Assembly: GCA_046328375.1 (NCBI GenBank)
Contig: JAXLWT010000022.1
Coordinates: 20,804-84,803 of the forward strand
Origin: Thermomicrobiales bacterium
GTDB lineage: Bacteria > Chloroflexota > Chloroflexia > Thermomicrobiales > UBA6265
Length of the DNA: 64,000 bases
Direction: 5' to 3'
Position numbers and translations under genes: made by a program
Shown: one piece after another, positions 57,367 to 64,000 of the stretch
How positions within the stretch are numbered: position 1 is the first letter of the stretch
Layout: each line of letters opens with the position of its first letter
The notes under the pieces: generated by a model
What the model was told of the DNA's origin: nothing
Databases searched by the model: none
The model's input: the letters and a program-made list of their open reading frames with translations, nothing else

Positions 57367-57404
57367 GCGATCTCCGCCGGCTCATCTCGGCCGGCGGAGA
57401 TCGC
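57367..57404 (+). terminator. Strong stem-loop terminator candidate
   Basis: GCGATCTCCGCCGG-CTCATCTCGG-CCGGCGGAGATCGC, a 14 bp perfect stem. It is preceded by a second hairpin, AGCACAG-N7-CTGTGCT, at about 57343-57363. Confidence 0.65.
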
Positions 57405-57438
57405 GATCAAGTCCGTGTAAGGAGTGTGAGCAGCCAGC

Positions 57439-58050
57439 GTGGCCAGGGCCCCCTGCATGCAAGGGAAGGGCCGGCGAAGCAAGCATCACAAGAAGACGTG
57501 CAGGGCTGAATCGATCGCTCAAACCTGCAACGGCAAATGCGGTCGCGTCACCAACAACTGCCAGAAGACGATCGATTGCGGTTCATGTGCCTGTGAGCCG
57601 GCATGCGCTGCCTGCGACATCTGCCAGGAGTTTCCGGACACCCCGGGTACCTGCGTCATCGACCCGGCACAGCAGGATCGGGCCTGTGGCAGCGCTGGCA
57701 AGGTCTGCCAGCCGGACGGCACCTGCCGTTGTGTTCCCCTGACGGAATGTCCCGCCGGCAAGGAGTGCGGCGGGATCTGCGCCGATGGGCAGTGCGTCAC
57801 CGGGATCGGCAGGTGTGCCGAACGGACCAACGTCTGTACCGCCCCCTGCAACGGGAATCCCAACTGCTTCTGCATCCCGACCCGGGCAGGAGACACACGG
57901 TGCGCGCTGTATGACTCGGACGGAGGCTTTCTGCGGCCGTGCACCAGCGATGCCCAGTGCACGGGCCTCGGTCCAGGGGCATTCTGCCCGCCGCAGTTCG
58001 ACAGTTGTGGCGGGGTGAGTTCGCTTCCATGCTGGGCAGTAGCAGCGTGA
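57439..58050 (+). CDS. Cys-rich family paralog lacking the Tat leader
   Basis: GTG start 14 nt after AAGGAG. It begins inside spacer-like sequence (QGKGRRSKHHKKTC), followed by about 190 aa of Cys-dense sequence. No signal peptide occurs in any upstream frame. Confidence 0.6.
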   Translation: MARAPCMQGKGRRSKHHKKTCRAESIAQTCNGKCGRVTNNCQKTIDCGSCACEPACAACDICQEFPDTPGTCVIDPAQQDRACGSAGKVCQPDGTCRCVPLTECPAGKECGGICADGQCVTGIGRCAERTNVCTAPCNGNPNCFCIPTRAGDTRCALYDSDGGFLRPCTSDAQCTGLGPGAFCPPQFDSCGGVSSLPCWAVAA

Positions 58051-58167
58051 GGCAGCTTGCCCATGTTGCCGAACACTCAGGTGAATGAGGGGGCATAGTG
58101 CCCCCTCATTGCCAAACGTCAACGCTTTTTCGGCAATAGCTCAATAGTTGGACCTCTCCGGGAGTGG

Positions 58168-58968
58168 TCAGGCAAGGGTGGAACCGACTACGGGGCGGGA
58201 GGGTCCACCAGGCTGGCTAACTCCTACCCACGAGGCAACCACCACCGGGATCGCTGCCACGAGTGATCCCACCGCACCCAATGACGTGAGACCCGGCTGA
58301 TTCGCCACGATCCCAACAATGGCCCAGCCAATGGTCAGCGCGTATGCACCCCAAAGTTGCGCCGGGCCACGCTGCCCTTCCCGCACGAACCACGCGGCGA
58401 TACATCCGGTGATGAGCAGAAGGCCGACGCCGACCAGATTTCCGGCGCCGTGCGGGGTGACGATCCCCGTGTCGGTCAGCCGCGAGAAGACGCTGACCGG
58501 GTTTGCGGCAGTGAGCCAACCGAAGAATGGCGCAACCGGCAATGCCACGAGCCATCGGTCACGGGACGCAAGATCACCCACGCGAGCAACACGGAGGAAG
58601 ACCAGGGCGAGCAACGCCCACATCGCGGCGAGCAGGAGTTGTGCGACGTTGAGTTGGCCTGCGACGACCGCAATCGGCCACAATCCCGTCAGGAGAAACG
58701 TCGTTGCCAGGGGCCACCCCGTCGCCCGGAACACCGGCCGGACGAGGTTACGCGGAAGTAGTTGGTACCCGGCGTGGATAAGCGCGAGCAGGAATATCAA
58801 GCCCCAGATGCCAAACGCCCACGTGGCCGGATCTATCACTCCCGAGGTTGGGGACTCTGCCACTTCAGAGACTTTCGTCCCGTTCACGACGTTCGACCCG
58901 ATCATGAAGAGACAGGTCAGGAACACCACGACGGCACGAATGCGGTCCAGGGTTTGGGGTTGGTCCAT
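58168..58968 (-). CDS. Polytopic Trp-rich membrane protein (TspO/MBR-related, tentative)
   Basis: ATG at 58968 gives MDQPQTLDRIRAVVVFLTCLFMIG..., with about eight TM segments. Divergent from a TetR gene. Confidence 0.5.
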   Translation of the reverse strand: MDQPQTLDRIRAVVVFLTCLFMIGSNVVNGTKVSEVAESPTSGVIDPATWAFGIWGLIFLLALIHAGYQLLPRNLVRPVFRATGWPLATTFLLTGLWPIAVVAGQLNVAQLLLAAMWALLALVFLRVARVGDLASRDRWLVALPVAPFFGWLTAANPVSVFSRLTDTGIVTPHGAGNLVGVGLLLITGCIAAWFVREGQRGPAQLWGAYALTIGWAIVGIVANQPGLTSLGAVGSLVAAIPVVVASWVGVSQPGGPSRPVVGSTLA

Positions 58969-59094
58969 GCGCGCCTCCCTGTTGATGATCGAGAGAATCC
59001 TGTTTCGGCCCGCAGTTCCTCTGCGCATTAATAATACGGCAGTTCCTGCCATTAGTGCAGTCTACGCCACTTCGACACAAGAAATGAGTTACCC

Positions 59095-59706
59095 ATGACT
59101 GGCCGTGAGGTACCGCGCTTGAAGCTCCGCGATCGCCGCAGGCAACAGACGGCGGCAGAGATCGAACAGGCGGCTATCACCCTCTTTGAGCGCGAGGGTT
59201 ATGCGGGAACGACCATCGAACACATCGCGGAAGCGGCAGGCATCGCCCCGCGTACGTTCTTCCGCTACTTCCCGGTCAAGGAAGCCGTCCTCTTTCGCGA
59301 CCATACTGAAAAGGTGGAAGAGTTCCGCCACGCTCTTGCGGCGATCCCACCGTCAGTGCCCCCGGTCGAGCGAATTCGCCAGGCCATGTGGCAAGCACAA
59401 CGGCCGCAGGGCGACAGCAATGTGGTTCAGGCTCGCATGAAGTTGATGACCGAGGTGCCGGACTTGCGTGCGTACCACGCCTCCCTGGTTGAGGCCTACG
59501 AGACGGCCGCTGCCGAGGCCCTGCTTCCACCTGCAGCGGACAAGCAATCGACCATCGAGGCCTATGCAATCGCGGGAGCGGTCTTTGGTGCGCTGCGAGC
59601 GCTTACCCGCATCGAGCACCGGGAGGATTCACCGCCGGAGGCCGACCTGTTCCACCATGCGTTCGCCGTCCTCGGGCGAATGGACGCGGAATCTGCCCTC
59701 GAGTGA
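59095..59706 (+). CDS. TetR family transcriptional regulator
   Basis: 203 aa. QTAAEIEQAAITLFEREGYAGTTIEHIAEAAGIAPRTFFRYFPVKEAVLF. Confidence 0.85.
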   Translation: MTGREVPRLKLRDRRRQQTAAEIEQAAITLFEREGYAGTTIEHIAEAAGIAPRTFFRYFPVKEAVLFRDHTEKVEEFRHALAAIPPSVPPVERIRQAMWQAQRPQGDSNVVQARMKLMTEVPDLRAYHASLVEAYETAAAEALLPPAADKQSTIEAYAIAGAVFGALRALTRIEHREDSPPEADLFHHAFAVLGRMDAESALE

Positions 59707-60129
59707 GCCTCAGGACACCGCCCTCGATCTGCTGCAGGAGGCCAGCCGAGAACGAGACTTTCGAGCGAGGAGGGACCCGGCTGGTCACGATGACAGGGCC
59801 TGACCGGGCCAATCACGAGTGTGGCCTGACGTAGCGTGACCCATTCGACCTGGTGGCTGGCGGCTACGACCGCTTCTCTGAACGCGACCCCTGGGGTTCC
59901 AGCGGTGCTACGTGTCCCGCGACGGTCGGGGGCCAAGCCGGGTAACCGGCGCTCGCCCGGCACGAGGGGGGTGTCCGCTCGAGCGGGGACAAAAGCCTCA
60001 TGAGGCAAGAGTGCCGCCTACGGGTGGAACTGTCATCATGTTGAGGATCACCTGGGTCAGACACCAGTCTGTGCAAGACCCGGAACGGCCGGCACAGCCG
60101 GACGCGCGAGTCGCCTCCGGCTTCATCTG

Positions 60130-61267
60130 ATCGCGATCTTCACGGCCGTGCTGAAACTCTCACGCCCCTCGGCCTCGGTCATCGGTTTTCCTCTCCTGGT
60201 ACGGCGTCTTCATCCTCCCGCGCACATCTACACGAGGGGACCGACTGGTCCACCAACGAGGCCAACAGGCGCCGATCGGTTCTGGCCCGTTCAAGTTTGT
60301 GTCCTACGAACCGGGCGCCACCGTCGAGTTGGAGGCCAACCCGGCCTACTTCGGGAAGGGCCCTACCTGGAGCGCCTGATTCCCGCAGATCATTCCTGAC
60401 CCAAACACCCGGGCGCAGCTCTGCAGAACGGCGAGATCGACTTTGTCGAAGGAGTCCCGAACATGGTGGCTACCTTCGAAGCCAATCCGGACTTCAAGAT
60501 CGCCGGCAAGGTCTATCCCAGCCCGATCTACTTCGGCTTCAACCTGAAGAATGCTCCCCTGGACAACGTCGATGTGCGCCGGGCCATGGGATGGCCATCG
60601 ACCGCGACCAGATCGTCGCCACGGCACTCAGCGGCTACGGCACGCCGGAAAACCGCTTCTACCCGAGCGTCATCGAGTGGGCGAGCAATCCCGATGCCGT
60701 CGCGCCAGCGTTCGACGTCGCTGGCGCCAACGCCCTGCTCGACGAAGCCGGCTTCCCCCTGAACGGCGATAGCCGCCGGGGTCAAACTGCTCTATTTTTT
60801 TCCGGGTTGGCAGGAGGTCGCTGACACGGCCACCGTACTCAAGGAGCAACTCGCCGCGATCGGCGTCGCGGTCGAACTTGTTCTGCTCGAGTACGCAGCC
60901 TGGGAAGAGCAGATGGCCGCCGGTGATTTCGACCTGGGGCTACAGGGCGGCTCCGGGACCCGATCCGGCGAACCTGGCGCTGCGCTGGGGAACGGGGAAC
61001 ACACTGAACCGCTGGAGCTACTCGAATCCGGAGTTCGACAAACTGCTGGTCGAGGGTGATGCGGCGGCGACCCCGGAAGATCGGGCGCCGTTCTACTTCA
61101 AGGCGCAGGAGATCCTGGCCACGGATGTGCCATCGATCCCGCTCGCGCTGCAAACCTACTTCGCAGGCTTTACCAACCGCATGTCGGGCGTCTGGCTCGA
61201 TCCTGATGATCCGGCATCGAGGCAGGTCGGGATGAACCGCTTCACGCTGACCAGGCTCGCGGGCTAA
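60130..61267 (+). pseudogene. Family-5 (peptide/nickel) ABC substrate-binding protein, N-terminally truncated and multiply frameshifted
   Basis: Recognisable segments in alternating frames: PIGSGPFKFVSYEPGATVELEANPAYFGKGP; IPDPNTRAQL; NGEIDFVEGVPNMVATFEANPDFKIAGKVYPSPIYFGFNLKNAPLDNVDVRRAMG; MAIDRDQIVATALSGYGTPENRFYPS...; and a C-terminal ...FTNRMSGVWLDPDD. Confidence 0.75.
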
Positions 61268-61408
61268 CGGGCGTCGCAAGGTTATCGTCATCCCGACGAG
61301 ATAGTGTCATCCCGACGAAGGAGGGATCTCGGCACAGCGAACCCGCGTGGCAGGCTGTGCCGGGACCCCTCGCCGTCATTCGGAATGACTCAGGTGTAGC
61401 GAGCGCGC

Positions 61409-62380
61409 ATGGGGCCGTACATTTCCCGGCAGTTGGCGTCGATCATCCCCACGATCCTCCTCTCGATTGTCATCAATTTTCTCCTCCTGCACGCCGCGCC
61501 GGGTGATCAGCGCGGGTGATGGCAAGGGAGAGACAACCCGACCGAGGCAGATTGCGGCGATCCCGCGCCGAGCTGGGCCTGGATCAGCGCTGCCGGTCCA
61601 GTTTGTGAGCTACGTCCGAAGCTGGCCCAGGGAAACATGGGCCAATCCCTCGCCTTCAAGCAACCGGTCTTCGACCTGATCATGAGCCGCATGCCAGCGA
61701 CCTTGCTGTTGACCCTCACCAGCGCCGTGCTGGCACTGGTGATCGGTACCCTGCTCGGCGTGGTGGCCGCGCAGCGCGCGGGTGGCCCCGTTGACAGCGC
61801 GCTCTCGTTCCGGAAACTACGCCCTGTTTGCCATGCCCTCCTTCTGGCTCGGGCGCACCATGATCGTCATCTTCGCCTCGACGGCGCTGGGGTGGCTGCC
61901 GACCGCCGGGATGCGCAACGTCCGTGCCGATTACACCGGTGGCGCGACGTGCTGGACGTCCTGCAGCACCTCATCTTGCCGGCTACGACCCTGGCTCTCG
62001 TCCAGATTCCCATCTATTTCCGCATTGCACGCGCCAGCGTTTTGCAGCAGCAGCGCGAAGACTACGTCACCACCTTCCGCGCCACGGGCATGCCGAATCG
62101 CGCGTCTTTCGCCGCTACGCCCTGCGGAACGCCCTGCTGCCAACCGTGACCGTCTTCGGCTTGAGCCTGAGCTTCGTTTTCACCGGCGCCGCCCTCACGT
62201 GGAAATCGTCTTCGCCTGGCCGGAGATCGGCCGCCTGACCCTGGACGCCGTCTTCCGCCGCGATTACCCCTGTTGCTCGGGGTCTACCTGATCCTGGCCA
62301 TTGCGGTGCTCGATCGCTGGTGCTGCTGACCGACCTCGTCTACGCGATCCTCGATCCGCGAATCAAGGTTGCGGTAACTG
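61409..62380 (+). pseudogene. DppB/OppB-like ABC permease, multiply frameshifted
   Basis: MGPYISRQLASIIPTILLSIVINFLLLHAAPGD, then the frame changes about every 40-300 nt (VISAGDGKGETT / QIAAI / RAELGLDQ / LPVQFVSYV / KLAQGNMGQSLAFKQPVFDLIMSRMPATLLLTL...). The end coordinate is approximate. Confidence 0.75.
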
Positions 62381-62400
62381 GCGTAGAGCTGCTGTCTCCG

Positions 62401-63270
62401 ATGCCATCGTCGCTCCAGCCGGCCCACGACGAACTGGCCGCCTGAGATCGTTCTGGCGACCGTTTGTCGAGAGCCGGATGGGTCCGGTCGGCCTGGTCCT
62501 CCTGATCCTGGTCGCCCTGATGGCGATCCTGGCGCCCGTGATCGCTCCGCTGGCCCGTTCGAGCTCGAAGTGGGCCTCGCTTGCTCGCCCCCGGCGAACA
62601 GGGTTACCTGCTCGGCACCGACCACCTCGGCCGCGACATGCTGGCGCAGATCGCGTACGGGGCGCGGGTGTCGTTGACGATCGGACTGTTGGCCGCCTCC
62701 ATCTCGCTCATCGTCGGCGTGATCGTCGGCAGCATCGCCGGCTACTACGGCGGCTGGGTCGATATCCTCCTCAGCCGCCTGATCGACATGTTCCTCATCA
62801 TCCCGGCCTTCTTCCTGATCATCGTGGTGGTGGCTACGCTCGGTTCCGGGATCATCTACGTCATGATCATCATTGGCCTCACGGCCTGGCCGACCAGCAC
62901 GCCCGATGCGCGCGCAAACGCTCGCCCTGCGCGAACACTACGTCCGGGCGCTGCGCGCCCTCGGCGAATCAAGTCCCCGCATCCTCGCCCGCCACATCGT
63001 GCCAAACGGGATTCAGCCGCTACTCGCCAACGCCTCCCTCGATATCGCCGCCGCCATCTGATCGAGGCCGGCCTCTCCTTCATCGGCCTGGGGGACCCGA
63101 ACCGGGCCACCTGGGGGCGCATGATCTTCGACGGCCGCACGACGGTGATCACTACCGCCTGGTGGGTCTCGGTGATCCCGGTGTGGCCATCATGATCACC
63201 GTCCTTGGCTTCTACCTGGTTGGGGACGGCATCTCCTACGTCCTCAATCCGCGCAGCAGGCGGGTGCGCA
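62401..63270 (+). pseudogene. DppC/OppC-like ABC permease, frameshifted
   Basis: LRSFWRPFVESRMGPVGLVLLILVALMAILAPVIAP, then in another frame LLAPGEQGYLLGTDHLGRDMLAQIAYGARVSLTIGLLAASISLIVGVIVGSIAGYYGGWVDILLSRLIDMFLIIP, then further shifts (IEAGLSFIGLGDPNRATWGRMI). Confidence 0.75.
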
Positions 63271-63271
63271 C

Positions 63272-64000
63272 ATGGGCCAATTTCCACTTGTTGACCTTCA
63301 GCACCTCACCATCACCTACACCGACCGCGGCGTAGTCTCCGCAGTCGATGATGTCTCCGTTGCAGATTCCGCGTGGCGTGAGTGTCGGCCTGGTCGGCGA
63401 GAGCGGCTCCGGCAAGTCGACCATCGCGCTCGCCCTGATGCGCCTCCTGCCCCCGAACGCGCGCGTCAGCGGGCAGATGTTCTTCGACGGGGACGACCTG
63501 GCGCTGGAAACAGAAGCGGACCTCAACCGCCGCTGGCGCTGGCGCCAACTCTCGATGGTCTTCCAGAAGTCGCTCTCGGCCCTGAGTCCGGTCCATCGCA
63601 TCGGCAACCAGATGGTGGATGTGCTGACCCTCGAAGCACGCCTCTCGGATACGGCGCGAGACGCACGCATTCGCGAGGTGCTGGATGCCGTCCACCTCCC
63701 ACTCTGCCGTGTGCTGCGGCTCTACCCTTTCGAACTTTCCGGCAGCATGATGCAGCGGACCATGATTGCCCTCGGCCTTCTCTGTAACCCACCCTTCGTC
63801 ATCTTTGATGAGGCCACGACTGCCCTCGACGTTATCACCCAGGCCCAGATCCTCGTTGAGTTCAGCGCCTCAAGGAAGAGTTCAACCTGACGACCATGGT
63901 CATCTCGCACGACATCGGCGTCATCAGCGCGGTCACCGATATGGTGGCGGTCCTCTATGCCTGCAGTTGATGGAAGTTGCCCCCAGCGAGCGCTTCTTCT
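63272..64000 (+). pseudogene. DppD/OppD-like ABC ATP-binding protein, frameshifted, runs off window
   Basis: MGQFPLVDLQHLTITYTDRGVVSAVDDVS, then a +1 shift near 63355 into LQIPRGVSVGLVGESGSGKSTIALALMRLL...LSGSMMQRTMIALGL...IFDEATTALD. Another shift near 63870 leads into EEFNLTTMVISHDIGVISAVTDMVAVLYA. Confidence 0.8.

Noticed and set aside
1-64000. CRISPR arrays, rRNA or tRNA genes, integrase/att sites, reverse transcriptases or other known defence-system hallmarks.
   Set aside because: Scanning by eye found no regularly spaced direct repeats and no diagnostic protein motifs in the ORF track (RT YxDD, Cas, restriction/helicase blocks). Absence by eye is not proof, and short arrays could have been missed.

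Overview
High-GC (mid-60s % by eye) bacterial chromosomal segment, mostly intact housekeeping and metabolic genes. The F420-type enzymes, CruF/CruC carotenoid genes and Tat leader style fit Chloroflexota/Thermomicrobia-like or Actinomycetota, but that is inference only.

Left to right:
- drrA-like ABC ATPase (partial), TetR, an ANT-type nucleotidyltransferase and a lower-GC VapBC module.
- Arginase-family gene followed by two tandem S9 peptidases.
- cydAB, TetR, an F420/LLM oxidoreductase.
- Carotenoid cluster: PlsC-type acyltransferase, CruF-like, GT2, crtI, crtB, idi-2, next to a CarH/LitR-type B12 photoreceptor regulator.
- DDN, GMC oxidoreductase, nitrilase.
- Two CUT1-type sugar ABC operons, an AEC transporter, mgtE.
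- mnmA, a sortase, agmatinase, sulfatase, typA.
- Two diverged prmA paralogs flanking a PRTase and a zinc-ribbon micro-gene.
- A truncated, frameshifted IS5-family transposase remnant.
- A TetR/membrane-protein pair.
- An indel-riddled dpp/opp-type operon at the right edge.

The most unusual content is a dispersed paralogous set of seven loci: 13801-14370, 36026-37198, 37836-38246, 38399-39905, 46465-47238, 56745-57293 and 57439-58050. Most share a conserved N-terminal M-D-G-x-x-F-D-x-L motif, a twin-arginine leader, a polylysine spacer and cysteine-dense modules. Two variants carry enzyme or propeller passengers (GH5, NHL).

Three of these loci are preceded by the same 26-27 nt AT-rich element with a palindromic core, which I could not match to any element I know. 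I regard this leader family plus the shared cis element as the candidate undescribed system. No rRNA, tRNA or CRISPR array was found.
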